Counted from the stretch's first letter, positions 50,552 to 60,197 are shown. The stretch: DNA of 64,000 bases from Bacillota bacterium (GCA_021783135.1 JAJXUE010000001.1:41926-105925); one strand, 5' to 3'. Numbers and translations are program-made. The notes: generated from the sequence alone by a model not told the origin.

Positions 50552-51250
50552 TTGATTGGAGTAACAGTAAATACTTTGGCAATAATTGTAGGAACAATTA
50601 TCGGTCTGCTGTTTCGTCGGGGGATATCGGAGAAGGTAAAAGTCACAGTTATACAAGGCATAGGATTAGCGGTACTTTTAATTGGGGCAAAAATGGCGAC
50701 CGGATCGGCAAACTCTTTGGTTTTAATCTTAAGTTTGGTTGCAGGTGGACTGATTGGGGAGATTGTGGACATTGAGAAGCGGTTAATCAACTTTGGAACT
50801 GCACTTGAGACAAAGCTGCAGCGAAACGGTAAGCAAGGAGACTTCACGAATGCATTTGTAACCACGAGTTTAATCTACTGCGTAGGCGCGATGGCCATTA
50901 TGGGGGCGCTGCAAAGTGGGCTACAAGGAAACAATCAAATTTTATTTGCGAAGTCGATGCTTGATGGAATATCAGCGATTGTATTTGCTTCATCCATGGG
51001 AATTGGCGTTGCCGCTTCAGCTATACCGGTATTTGTATACGAAGGAATTTTGGCGGTTTCAGCGACTTACTTACAGGGAATTCTGTCCCAATCTGTTATA
51101 GCGGAAATGAGTGCAACAGGTGGGTTGCTTATTGTTGGAATAGCGTTAAGTGTTTTGCAGATTAAGCAAATTAAAGTTGGCAATTTGCTGCCATCAATTC
51201 TTTGTGCGGTGGGTTTTACGATTCTATTTCAGCACTTTGGGATATACTAA
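50552..51250 (+). CDS. DUF554 family membrane protein (YdfK/YqgA-like)
   Basis: MIGVTVNTLAIIVGTIIGLLFRRG start and a polytopic glycine-rich profile typical of DUF554. Family name from memory. Confidence 0.65.
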   Translation: MIGVTVNTLAIIVGTIIGLLFRRGISEKVKVTVIQGIGLAVLLIGAKMATGSANSLVLILSLVAGGLIGEIVDIEKRLINFGTALETKLQRNGKQGDFTNAFVTTSLIYCVGAMAIMGALQSGLQGNNQILFAKSMLDGISAIVFASSMGIGVAASAIPVFVYEGILAVSATYLQGILSQSVIAEMSATGGLLIVGIALSVLQIKQIKVGNLLPSILCAVGFTILFQHFGIY

Positions 51251-51363
51251 CCTGCTAACTTCGCAATGCAGTGCTCCAATAGTAGTCCAAATCTTTTTGT
51301 TAGGATAGGAAAATTTATAAGCTGTAGTATAATTAAACGTAAGCTATAAGTGGGGGTGCCATA

Positions 51364-51867
51364 ATGTTAAATACTTTGACCATATGGTTAGCCGCTAATG
51401 TTGTATCATTAACAGCAGCATTAGTTTGCGCGGTGATTATTTTATTAGGTCTAATCATTAGTTTGTTCGTTCAGCTAAATAGGCTAACGCAAAAGCATAA
51501 ATCCCTAATGTCAGGGATGGAAGGCAAAGATCTCGAGGAAATGCTGTCTATGTATTTAAATAAGGCAATTAACGCAGAACAAAAAGTGGCGCAATTAAAT
51601 TCAGTGTGTGAAATGCTTGAGGAATATACGCGTAAGTCACTGCAAAAAGTTGGATTGGTACGCTTCAATGCATTTGAGGATATGGGCGGTGATATGAGCT
51701 TTGCCGCAGCATTACTTGACCAGCAAGGCGATGGTTTGGTAATAAGCTCAATCAATAGCCGGGAAGAGTCGCGCGTGTATGCTAAGCCAATAACACAAAG
51801 GACATCAACTTACAATTTGTCGAGGGAGGAAAAAGAAGCACTTAGCTTGACAAATAAAAGTAAATAA
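51364..51867 (+). CDS. DUF4446 family protein
   Basis: An N-terminal TM helix, a coiled segment, then VGLVRFNAFEDMGGDMSFAAALLD...SREESRVYAKPI, characteristic of DUF4446, which is often found near parB in Firmicutes. Confidence 0.7.
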   Translation: MLNTLTIWLAANVVSLTAALVCAVIILLGLIISLFVQLNRLTQKHKSLMSGMEGKDLEEMLSMYLNKAINAEQKVAQLNSVCEMLEEYTRKSLQKVGLVRFNAFEDMGGDMSFAAALLDQQGDGLVISSINSREESRVYAKPITQRTSTYNLSREEKEALSLTNKSK

Positions 51868-51886
51868 ATGGAAAATTAAAATTAAT

Positions 51887-51938
51887 ACAACCTAAAAGAT
51901 CAGCTCCGCTACTTAGAGGGGCTGATCTTTTAGGTTGT
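51887..51938. terminator. bidirectional terminator between the DUF4446 gene and yyaC
   Basis: 18-bp perfect stem ACAACCTAAAAGATCAGC / GCTGATCTTTTAGGTTGT with a 16-nt loop. The yyaC stop lies in the right arm. Confidence 0.8.
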
Positions 51939-52535
51939 AGTGTAGATTTTTTCGACTTTATTGGAATTAAGATATGCAAGACTAATAATCTCGGCAATGC
52001 ATTCTGCCATTTTCATTACAACACTAAGGCGAGTGTTCTGCAAGACTAAATACTCCATAAAGCCACCGACATTGACAATGCCGGTTAAATACGCTTCCCC
52101 GACAGCAGGCAAGCTTTTGTGAACGCCTGCGCCGGGCTTCAATGCCCCTTTGGCTAGGTTGATGCAACCAACGCTATCTAAATGTCCTAAGCAAGCATCT
52201 ACGGCAATTATAAAAGCATTCGGGTTAGCTTTATTTACTTGGGTTAACGTAAGTTGCAAATTTGTCGCATGTACAGGGTGATCTAAGGTGCCATATACCT
52301 TTATTGTATTGTCGGTTAGACGAACAAGCTGGGAACCCGCCAATGGGCCTAAGCAATCACCAGTGGATCGATCTGTGCCTATGCACACTACTACAGGCTC
52401 TCGATCCGAACCAGCTTTTTGAATATAAGATGCAAGTAGATCCGTAATATGCTTAATACCGTTCACATCATTAAGATGAGCCTTGTGGCTGAGCTCTCCT
52501 TTTTTCCCCGTGCCATTGAGGTAAGGAATTAACAT
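51930..52535 (-). CDS. yyaC: sporulation protein YyaC (GPR-like putative protease)
   Basis: VVCIGTDRSTGDCLGPLAG motif; about 200 aa. Conserved position after spo0J. Confidence 0.8.
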   Translation of the reverse strand: MLIPYLNGTGKKGELSHKAHLNDVNGIKHITDLLASYIQKAGSDREPVVVCIGTDRSTGDCLGPLAGSQLVRLTDNTIKVYGTLDHPVHATNLQLTLTQVNKANPNAFIIAVDACLGHLDSVGCINLAKGALKPGAGVHKSLPAVGEAYLTGIVNVGGFMEYLVLQNTRLSVVMKMAECIAEIISLAYLNSNKVEKIYTTT

Positions 52536-52659
52536 AATTGCCCTCCTAGAATCGTCTAGTTCAATATACCCAAAAATGAAAATTTTATGCGTGAGCTAGG
52601 AAAGCTGTTCAGTTAGACTTTGCTGAAGCATAAAAGTTATAGACAAGGAGGGGTAATTA

Positions 52660-53691
52660 GTGAGAAGTTCTACTTTAAAGGTCGCGGCGACGTATATCGG
52701 AGCAGTTATGGGAGCTGGCTTTGCATCCGGTCAAGAAATTTTTCAATTCTTTATTGTGTACCAAAATAAGGGCTTGTGGGGCACTGCCCTTGCGGGAATT
52801 CTGTTTGCCATGTTCGGAGTGATGGTTTTGAAGGTTATCCGAGCGCATGGGATTCAGTCATATCAAGAACTATTTATCCTTCTCCTTGGCCGTAGGCTAG
52901 GAAAAATATGCGAGGCTTTTGTTACGCTGTTCCTCTTTGCGGGCCTGATCGTGATGCTAGCGGGAAGCGGCGCCGTATTTAGTGAGTATTTTAATCTGGG
53001 CGCAACCTATGGAATACTACTCACCGCAAGCGCGGTGTTATTAGCTTTAGCTAGCAAAGGAGAAGGCGTAATTTGGATAAACTCTATTCTAATTCCTCTA
53101 AAATTAGTGATATGTATAATGGTGTGTTTCGCAGCTTTGCGGGTAGTACCAGAGCTTAATGGAGATATAATTCCGGTAATCCATCGGCCCTGGTATGTCT
53201 CGGCTCTTCTTTACGTGTCATTTAATATGACCTTCGCCATAGTTGTATTGGCCTCGCTCGGTAAAGAAATAAAGGGCAATATACTCGGCGGCCTACTTGG
53301 TGGTTTGGGTCTGGGATTTTTTGCTTTAACCATAGGCTCGGCTCTCCTTCACTTTTATCCAGGCATAGGTAAATATCAAGTGCCAATGGTTACCATATCT
53401 TTCCAAATAGGTACCCAGATGGGCGTGTTTTATTTGCTGCTGTTATGGTTTGCGATGATAACGGCTGCTGTTGGTAATGCGTTTAGCTTGGTTAAGCGAA
53501 TTACGCCAATATTCCGTCTGGATTATTGGTTACTATGCCTAATTACGGTTGGGCTGGCAGTTCCTATGGCGCATTTTAAATTCTCAACTTTGGTAGGAAT
53601 TGTTTACCCAGTTTTCGGCTATATAGGACTACTAGTATTAGGTCCAATCATTTACCTTGCTTTAGGAGGGAAGGAAGGTAAGTCTAGGTAA
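52660..53691 (+). CDS. YkvI/YyaD-family membrane protein
   Basis: YIGAVMGAGFASGQEIFQFF motif, about 10 TM segments. Divergent from yyaC as yyaD is in B. subtilis. Confidence 0.75.
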   Translation: MRSSTLKVAATYIGAVMGAGFASGQEIFQFFIVYQNKGLWGTALAGILFAMFGVMVLKVIRAHGIQSYQELFILLLGRRLGKICEAFVTLFLFAGLIVMLAGSGAVFSEYFNLGATYGILLTASAVLLALASKGEGVIWINSILIPLKLVICIMVCFAALRVVPELNGDIIPVIHRPWYVSALLYVSFNMTFAIVVLASLGKEIKGNILGGLLGGLGLGFFALTIGSALLHFYPGIGKYQVPMVTISFQIGTQMGVFYLLLLWFAMITAAVGNAFSLVKRITPIFRLDYWLLCLITVGLAVPMAHFKFSTLVGIVYPVFGYIGLLVLGPIIYLALGGKEGKSR

Positions 53692-53791
53692 AATGATAAG
53701 TATATTCCTTCCGTGCTTGACATAACAAGAATCTTCTGGTAAACAGTTATATGTATACCTGGTTGTCGATACTAGTTGGAGGTAAAAATTA

Positions 53792-54133
53792 ATGCATGAA
53801 ATGTCTCTGATGGCAGGAGTTTTTGATGCGGTTAATGCCGCATTACTTGACTATCAGGTTACAAAAGTGACCAAGGTTAAACTTCAAGTGGGTAAATTCA
53901 CCAATGCTGAACCCGCTTCGCTTGAGTTTGCGTTTCAAGCATTTGCCCAAGGTACATTTGTGGAAGGGGCTGAGTTGGAAATAGAGGAAGTACCGGTAGT
54001 TGCAAAATGTAACTGCTGTGGTAATGAATTTAACGCTAACCAACTGGTCTTTTTTTGCCCCAAATGTGAGAATTACGACATCGAGATTATAAGCGGACGG
54101 GAGCTAATCCTGGAGAGCTTGGAGGTTGAATAA
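53792..54133 (+). CDS. hypA: hydrogenase nickel incorporation protein HypA
   Basis: MHEMSL N-terminal nickel-binding motif and a CxxC...CxxC zinc site (CNCCGN, CPKCEN); 113 aa. Confidence 0.9.
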   Translation: MHEMSLMAGVFDAVNAALLDYQVTKVTKVKLQVGKFTNAEPASLEFAFQAFAQGTFVEGAELEIEEVPVVAKCNCCGNEFNANQLVFFCPKCENYDIEIISGRELILESLEVE

Positions 54134-54792
54134 TGGCAGAAAAGCAACATGTTAAAGTCATGTCTAATCTTAGAGCTGCGAATGAGGCTCAAGCGGAAGT
54201 TAATAGTATAACGCTACATAAGCATAATGTTTTTTCGTTTAATTTGATGGGTTCACCCGGGGCTGGGAAGACAACCCTGCTGGAGAAAACCATAAATATG
54301 GTCAAAAATAATGCGAAAATGGCCGTAATTGAAGGTGACATATATACCAGCAAAGATGCCGACAGGATAGCACAGCATGGCGTACCAGTTGTTCAAATTA
54401 ATACCGGTGGTGGTTGCCATTTAGATGCAGTAATGGTCGGGAAAGTTTTACCACAATTTGACCTGGCGACATTAAATATTTTGGTAATAGAGAATGTGGG
54501 TAATTTGGTGTGCCCGGCTGACTTTAATTTAGGTGAGGATTGCAAAGTCACGGTACTTAGTATTACTGAAGGTGATGATAAGCCCGCAAAGTATCCGCTT
54601 ATCTTCCGTAATTCTCAGGCTGTAGTTATAAATAAAATTGACTTGGCAGATTATACAGATGTAAACATTGACAATATGAAGCGTGATATTTTGTCGATCA
54701 ACCCCGAGATTAAAATATTTGAAGTTTCGTGCCGCACTAATCAGGGATTGGAGCAATGGTGTAACTGGTTGTTAGATAACCTCAGAAAATAG
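54133..54792 (+). CDS. hypB: hydrogenase nickel incorporation GTPase HypB
   Basis: GSPGAGKTTLLE P-loop, ENVGNLVCPA and INKIDL G-motifs. The start overlaps the hypA stop (TAATG). Confidence 0.9.
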   Translation: MAEKQHVKVMSNLRAANEAQAEVNSITLHKHNVFSFNLMGSPGAGKTTLLEKTINMVKNNAKMAVIEGDIYTSKDADRIAQHGVPVVQINTGGGCHLDAVMVGKVLPQFDLATLNILVIENVGNLVCPADFNLGEDCKVTVLSITEGDDKPAKYPLIFRNSQAVVINKIDLADYTDVNIDNMKRDILSINPEIKIFEVSCRTNQGLEQWCNWLLDNLRK

Positions 54793-55269
54793 GTGAACGC
54801 TGTGTCCGATCTATATGAGAAGGCTTTAGACTGCATGGCGAGAGGCTGCTGGAATGAAGCGGGAGATTTTTTAAAGCAGGAATTAGATCTAAACCCGGAT
54901 TGCTTAAAAACTAAAAATAAACTGGGCGTAGTTTTGGTAAATCTAGGTGACACTGACGGCGCGGGTAAGCTTTTTCGCGAAGTCTTGGACAACGACTCCT
55001 TGTTTGCACCGGCTTATAACAATTTAGGCAATTTGGCAAGAGAAGAGGGACGAATTGGGGAAGCCATTCGTTTCTATCACAAGTCAATTGCCTGTGACCC
55101 GAAATACAGCACTCCGCATAATAACCTGGCTGTTGTTTATAAAGAACAGGGCCATTACGATTTGTTTGTTAAAGAGATGCGCACTGCCCGCCGCTTGGTA
55201 GGACAAGGCAAAGGCAGGAGTGTCTTTGGCAGGATTTTTTGGTTTATTGGCGGAGGACCGCTCGAATAA
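54793..55269 (+). CDS. tetratricopeptide (TPR) repeat protein
   Basis: Repeated A-x3-Y/F-x2-A-L-x2-P pattern (PAYNNLGNLAREEGRIGEAIRFYHKSIACDP, HNNLAVVYKEQG). GTG 54793 abuts the hypB stop. Confidence 0.7.
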   Translation: MNAVSDLYEKALDCMARGCWNEAGDFLKQELDLNPDCLKTKNKLGVVLVNLGDTDGAGKLFREVLDNDSLFAPAYNNLGNLAREEGRIGEAIRFYHKSIACDPKYSTPHNNLAVVYKEQGHYDLFVKEMRTARRLVGQGKGRSVFGRIFWFIGGGPLE

Positions 55270-55323
55270 GATTAAGGATCCGATCTTTCGCTCCGTTAGC
55301 TAAACTGTGACGGTGTAGATTGT

Positions 55324-55356
55324 CAAGTTGCCGCAAATGCTGCAACTTGTTTCATT
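55324..55356 (+). terminator. hairpin between the hyp-TPR operon and selB (weak terminator or attenuator)
   Basis: CAAGTTGC cgcaaatgct GCAACTTG followed by TTTCATT. Confidence 0.4.
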
Positions 55357-55365
55357 ACAGGGGGC

Positions 55366-57273
55366 TTGAATGTGAGTTATTATATTATCGGTACGGCGGG
55401 CCACGTTGATCATGGTAAGACCGAATTAATTCGAGCCTTAACAGGAGAGTCTACGGATAGATTAAAAGAGGAACAGGCAAGAGGCATTTCGATTGAACTA
55501 GGGTTTGCGTCACTTATGTTACCTAACGGTTCTTTAGCCGGGATAGTTGATGTACCCGGGCATGAAAGATTTGTTCGCCAGATGCTCGCCGGAATTGGTG
55601 GCATAGATCTAGTGCTGTTGGTAATTGCGGCGGATGAAGGTGTTATGCCTCAAACTAAAGAGCATTTGGAAATAATAGATCTACTACAGGTTCGTAAGGG
55701 AATAATAGTTTTAAACAAAACTGACTTGGTTGACGCCGATTGGCTTGAACTGGTTATGTTAGAGGTTAAAGAGTCGTTGTCCGGAACAGTGCTGCAGGAT
55801 GCGCCAATTGTTGCAGTTTCAGCCTTAAAAGGAGTCGGAATACATAATTTAGTGACTGCAATTGAGCAGGAATTGGACGGTTTACCGCCACGTGAATACT
55901 ACGGTCCGTGTCGAATACCCATCGACCGCACTTTTAGCATTTCTGGGTTCGGCACAATTGTAACCGGGACGATGTACCAAGGTAGCGTGCAGGTTGGGGA
56001 CAATGTTGTTATCGAACCGGGTCATCAAGAGTCACGTGTTCGTTCCTTACAAGTACACGGGGAGAAAGTAGAAAAAGCTTATGCCGGCCAACGGGTGGCC
56101 GTTAACCTACCTAATTTAGAAGTAAATACAGTTATACGAGGTTCGACATTGTTAACCCCAGGCTTCTTGACACCAGTTCAAACCCTTGATGTTTCACTTA
56201 AGTATTTGGCAAGCGCCGCTAAACCATTGGCACATCGTCAAAGGGTAAGAGTCCATATTGGTACACAAGAAACAATGGGGAGAGTGCATTTACTAGATCG
56301 GGAAGAGGCGGAGCCTGGCCAAATGCTTTATGCACAAATTCTTATGGAAGAACTTGTTATAGCGGATCGTGGTGACCGGTTTGTCATTAGGCAGTATTCA
56401 CCTGCACGTACCATTGGGGGCGGAACTGTAATTGACGGAGGCAAGCGAAAATACAAAAGGCATGCGAGCCAAGTTTTGGAAATGCTTGCGATTAAAGCAA
56501 AAGGGTCACCCCGGGATATATTAGATGCATTTTTGCAAAATGTAGATATTCCCTTATCGACCAATGAGTTGCTAAAGAGTGTAGGTTTGAGTTCGGACGA
56601 GCTTGAGGCAGCACTTAAAGACTTAACTGGCAGCCTAGACGTGGTCCAAGTTGAACAGCAAAATTATTGGTTTAAAAAGTTAAGTTCGGAAAGCTGGACG
56701 GCTCGAATTGAAACATTTTTGCAAGACTATCACCGTAAATACTATCTTAGACCGGGAGTTCCCAAGGAAGAGTTGAAGTCACGCTTTTTCCTTAAGTGGA
56801 ACAACAAATTATTTACAGCCTTTCTCGAGTATATGGAAAGCATAGGTAGGGTTGTTAATAAGGGCAGTTTCGTTGCTGCGCCGGATTTTGTTGCCGGCCC
56901 TAAAGGTGATTTGGCAACTGTCGTGCCATTGATCTTACAGGAGTACCGCGTGGCTGAATTATCTCCACCGGAGTGGACAAGAGTTATGAACAGCTATAAT
57001 ATTGATGGACCGGTCGGCATTGAATTGTTGCAATTTTTTCTGCGCGAGGCACAACTTACCAAGGTTTCTGAGATTTTATATTTTTCATCGGATGCTTTAC
57101 GTTCTGCCATGGAACAACTTCAGCACTTACTCAGTGAGAAAAGTGAATTTACAGCGATGGATGCGAAAGAAAAACTAGGCATTAGTCGTAAATACCTGAT
57201 CCCAATACTGGAATATATGGATAGCCAGAAGATAACTAGGAGGATTGGCGATAAAAGAACCAGATTTAAATAA
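55366..57273 (+). CDS. selB: selenocysteine-specific translation elongation factor SelB
   Basis: IIGTAGHVDHGKT G1 motif, DVPGHERF G3 motif, NKTDL G4 motif. A long C-terminal winged-helix extension ends in SRKYLIPILEYMD. tRNA-Sec lies immediately downstream. Confidence 0.92.
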   Translation: MNVSYYIIGTAGHVDHGKTELIRALTGESTDRLKEEQARGISIELGFASLMLPNGSLAGIVDVPGHERFVRQMLAGIGGIDLVLLVIAADEGVMPQTKEHLEIIDLLQVRKGIIVLNKTDLVDADWLELVMLEVKESLSGTVLQDAPIVAVSALKGVGIHNLVTAIEQELDGLPPREYYGPCRIPIDRTFSISGFGTIVTGTMYQGSVQVGDNVVIEPGHQESRVRSLQVHGEKVEKAYAGQRVAVNLPNLEVNTVIRGSTLLTPGFLTPVQTLDVSLKYLASAAKPLAHRQRVRVHIGTQETMGRVHLLDREEAEPGQMLYAQILMEELVIADRGDRFVIRQYSPARTIGGGTVIDGGKRKYKRHASQVLEMLAIKAKGSPRDILDAFLQNVDIPLSTNELLKSVGLSSDELEAALKDLTGSLDVVQVEQQNYWFKKLSSESWTARIETFLQDYHRKYYLRPGVPKEELKSRFFLKWNNKLFTAFLEYMESIGRVVNKGSFVAAPDFVAGPKGDLATVVPLILQEYRVAELSPPEWTRVMNSYNIDGPVGIELLQFFLREAQLTKVSEILYFSSDALRSAMEQLQHLLSEKSEFTAMDAKEKLGISRKYLIPILEYMDSQKITRRIGDKRTRFK

Positions 57274-57290
57274 TTGCTTAATTGGACCAT

Positions 57291-57319
57291 TTGATAAGCA
57301 TTAGATCACATGCTATAAT
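57291..57319 (+). promoter_or_regulatory. sigma-A promoter for selC
   Basis: TTGATA (57291-57296), 17 nt, TATAAT (57314-57319), about 35 nt upstream of tRNA-Sec. Confidence 0.55.
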
Positions 57320-57353
57320 TAAAAAGCTATGAGTTAAGATGCTAGCTTAAAAC

Positions 57354-57451
57354 GGGGATGAATCTGGCCTGGTGGCCGGCCTGGACTTCAAATCCACGTG
57401 TTGGGCAGTGATCCTGTCCAAGGTGGGTTCGATTCCCACACTTCCCCGCCA
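57354..57451 (+). tRNA. selC: tRNA-Sec (anticodon TCA)
   Basis: 98 nt. 6-bp D stem with a 4-nt loop (CTGGCC tggt GGCCGG), anticodon loop CTTCAAA, long variable arm (TTGGGCAG...CTGTCCAA), T arm GTGGG TTCGATT CCCAC, encoded CCA. The acceptor stem has a U-U mismatch in my fold. Confidence 0.85.
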
Positions 57452-57521
57452 ATAAATACCATATAACATAAATAAATATAATTATAAAAGTTCTGTATAT
57501 GTTTATAAAAAACTTGTTAAA

Positions 57522-57551
57522 TTAGCCTATATCGCGGTCGGTATAGGCTAA
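57522..57551 (+). terminator. hairpin after tRNA-Sec (possible terminator, no U tract)
   Basis: TTAGCCTATA tcgcggtcgg TATAGGCTAA. Confidence 0.4.
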
Positions 57552-57623
57552 TTCACTGTTAGATATAGGTTGATAATTTACTAGGCGAAAAAATTATCGA
57601 GTGGGTCACAAAGGAGGATATTT

Positions 57624-58442
57624 GTGCATCAATATTGGTTTTGGATTGGTAATTTTCCATTAAGGGCCTATGGAACGTTATTTGCTGCTGCTTTTTTATT
57701 TGGTTTAGGCGCAACGCTTTACTTTGCTCGGGCAGATAATAAAACAGAATACATACAACATATGTGGAACTTGGCACCACTTCTTCTTATATGTGGATTA
57801 GTGGGTGCGCGTTTTTGGCAGGTATTCTTTTTTGACTGGGGATACTACGCGCAACACCCGTTGGAGATTGTCGCCATATGGCATGGCGGCTTGTCAATCC
57901 AGGGCGGAGTTGTAGGGGCGTTCCTTGTGGCGGCATGGTACATATGGCGGCATAAGTTAGACTTTTGGTCAATGGCCGACCTTGTTGCGCCCGGTCTATT
58001 GCTGGGCCAAAGCATCGGACGCGATGCTAACCTTCTTAATGGCGACGCATTTGGCGACCCAACACATATGGGCTTTGGTTTGCTGTACCCTCACTCAACC
58101 ATTGCCTATCAGACTTACGGCAACCAGCCCTTGTGGCCGGCTGAAGTATGGGAAGGCCAGGGAGACATTATCTTACTGGCTATTCTTTTGGTCATGAAAA
58201 CTCGTCGCTGGCCCAAAGGATTTTTATTTATGTATTACGTTACAGCGTACAGTTTGGAAAGATTTCTGTTGGAGATGTTACGTGGCGACTCCCCGCGGTT
58301 TTTGTTTAACTGGGACGCAGCCCAATGGACCTCAGCTCCCTTAATTATATTTGGAGCAATCGTTATGATCATCCTCTGGGTTCAAGATCGCAAATACCAT
58401 AAAGAAAACGGCCCCGATGAAGGAGCCGTTACTGAGAGTTAA
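57624..58442 (+). CDS. lgt: prolipoprotein diacylglyceryl transferase
   Basis: IRAYG-like start region, WHGGLSIQGG (HGG motif), and the GRDANLLNGDAFG region. RBS AAGGAGG. Confidence 0.9.
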   Translation: MHQYWFWIGNFPLRAYGTLFAAAFLFGLGATLYFARADNKTEYIQHMWNLAPLLLICGLVGARFWQVFFFDWGYYAQHPLEIVAIWHGGLSIQGGVVGAFLVAAWYIWRHKLDFWSMADLVAPGLLLGQSIGRDANLLNGDAFGDPTHMGFGLLYPHSTIAYQTYGNQPLWPAEVWEGQGDIILLAILLVMKTRRWPKGFLFMYYVTAYSLERFLLEMLRGDSPRFLFNWDAAQWTSAPLIIFGAIVMIILWVQDRKYHKENGPDEGAVTES

Positions 58443-58478
58443 AACAATTTAATGTGTGCCTAAAGTAGTATTTAGTTG

Positions 58479-59162
58479 CTATAATACCCTGCGGCCGCCT
58501 ACAAAATAAGTCTGCCAGTAGGGTCCTAATTGGTAAATGGTTACGCCTTTAGAGCTGGACGCATTGATAAACTCGTCATTTCCAAGGTAGATTCCTACGT
58601 GGTCAACCACTCCATTACCGGAAAAAGAGAAAAATACTAAGTCGCCTGGTTGTAAGTTTGCGAAACTAACCGGGGTGCCGACACTATATTGATCGCGTGA
58701 AATACGTGGTAGGCTTATGCCGTTTTGGGCAAACACATAACTGGTGTACCCGGAGCAATCAAAACCGGTAGCAGGACTACTCCCACCCCACCTATAGGGA
58801 GTCCCCAAATATTCTTTTGCAGTTGTTAGGATGGCGGTTACTTTGGTATCACCCTGTTTAGAAGCATATACCTTTTCTAATGCAGTATTAGTTAAGGGTC
58901 CAACCAATCCATCTGTGCTTAAATTAACTGAGGCCTGAAATTCTTTAACGCCGTTTAGGGTCATCGATCCCAAAATGCCGTCCGTTTTGCCAACGGAAAA
59001 GCCAATGCTGTTTAGTTCTGTCTGCAGTTGAATGACAGCAGGCCCGGTGGAACCATACCGTAAAATCGTAGTGCTTGTCGATGCCTTGGCTAGAGGCGCT
59101 ACACCTACCACCAATAGCAAAGTAAGGCCGAAAATAGAAATCATTGCTCGAAATCTCTGCAT
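58479..59162 (-). CDS. secreted NlpC/P60 peptidoglycan endopeptidase with two PG_binding_1 repeats
   Basis: Signal peptide. Two repeats (GSTGPAVIQLQTELNSIGF, DGLVGPLT). C-terminal YRWGGSSPATGFDCSGY (catalytic Cys) and DHVGIY (His). Confidence 0.85.
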   Translation of the reverse strand: MQRFRAMISIFGLTLLLVVGVAPLAKASTSTTILRYGSTGPAVIQLQTELNSIGFSVGKTDGILGSMTLNGVKEFQASVNLSTDGLVGPLTNTALEKVYASKQGDTKVTAILTTAKEYLGTPYRWGGSSPATGFDCSGYTSYVFAQNGISLPRISRDQYSVGTPVSFANLQPGDLVFFSFSGNGVVDHVGIYLGNDEFINASSSKGVTIYQLGPYWQTYFVGGRRVL

Positions 59163-59233
59163 AATTCATACTCCTCTCTTGTCTGATAACTTCACTGTGC
59201 AAACTTGAAGTTCCCATTTGTGAAGTTATGGAC

Positions 59234-59271
59234 ATTATAAGGGGAGTTTTTTGTTGTGTCCACGCACAACA
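59234..59271 (-). promoter_or_regulatory. candidate promoter of the NlpC/P60 gene, with an inverted repeat over the -35
   Basis: Minus strand TGGACA (59262-59257), 17 nt, TATAAT (59239-59234). The inverted repeat TGTTGTG n6 CACAACA (59252-59271) overlaps the -35. Confidence 0.4.
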
Positions 59272-59394
59272 TTTCCCATGGCAAAATAGGCCAATTAAAC
59301 GTAGAAACTCAACGTATTTAGCTATTTGCAGGATATTTAATAGAAAAATAGAATATTTATGCTAAATCATGCAATTGAGGAGACGATTATATAT

Positions 59395-60105
59395 ATGAAT
59401 TTTTTAGACTTGGTAATTGTTGGTTTGCTGCTACTGGGCGGACTTAATGGTTACCGGAAAGGCCTGATTAAATCTGTTGTAGGCATAGTAAGTTCTTTTG
59501 TCTCCATCCTAGTCGCCTTAGCCACGTATAAAATAATAACTCCTATGCTACACAGTAAATTAGGTATTAGTAAGTTGGTGCAAAAGATTGTTAATCACAA
59601 CTCGGCCTTGCCGGTTACCGGGGTACAACCATTACAAGGGAACGGTTTAAGTCAGGTTGCTGGGAATACAAGCTATTTACCACAAAACCTACTGAGTGGT
59701 TTTAATAGTTTGTTTGTAAACTTTATGAATAGCGCTCTTGGCAAAACAGTTCACAGCACCCAAGATGCTATGGTTCAGTACATTAGTATTGTGGTAGTAA
59801 GTATTATTGCCTTTCTGATTATTTTCGTGTTGGTCAATTGGGCCTTAAGGGCACTTGGGACGCTCATTACTAAGGCTTTCGACCACACTTTTTTAGGAAG
59901 CCTAAATCACTCGGGCGGGTTTATTATCGGTGTGGCTGGCTCTGTACTCATACTTTCAATTACTTTTGCCTTTTTCTTGCCTTTAGTTGCGCTATATGTG
60001 AACAGTAGTAGTGTAACAGGTCTTATTAAACACTCCATATTGCTCCCGCAACTCAACCAAATTTATGCATTTTTGACCAGCACTCTTAGTCGGATTTTCG
60101 GTTGA
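59395..60105 (+). CDS. cvpA: CvpA family membrane protein
   Basis: Starts MNFLDLVIVGLLLLGGLNGYRKGL, as CvpA proteins do. The track start 59359 lacks an RBS. Confidence 0.7.
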   Translation: MNFLDLVIVGLLLLGGLNGYRKGLIKSVVGIVSSFVSILVALATYKIITPMLHSKLGISKLVQKIVNHNSALPVTGVQPLQGNGLSQVAGNTSYLPQNLLSGFNSLFVNFMNSALGKTVHSTQDAMVQYISIVVVSIIAFLIIFVLVNWALRALGTLITKAFDHTFLGSLNHSGGFIIGVAGSVLILSITFAFFLPLVALYVNSSSVTGLIKHSILLPQLNQIYAFLTSTLSRIFG

Positions 60106-60197
60106 TGAATTTGATAAACTATTAATGCAAGTAGAATATTTTTATGTCAAATACTACATATAGATAAAGATTATTTAAATTATAGGAGGCAATCTGC

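Noticed and set aside
59186-59229. Hairpin with alternative pairing partners upstream of the NlpC/P60 gene, considered as a riboswitch (for example the c-di-AMP ydaO class that often precedes cell-wall hydrolases)
   Set aside because: The predicted leader is only about 65 nt, far shorter than a ydaO element, and none of its conserved segments are visible. Given the predicted promoter, the stem would sit at the extreme 5' end of the mRNA, which fits a simple stabilising hairpin.
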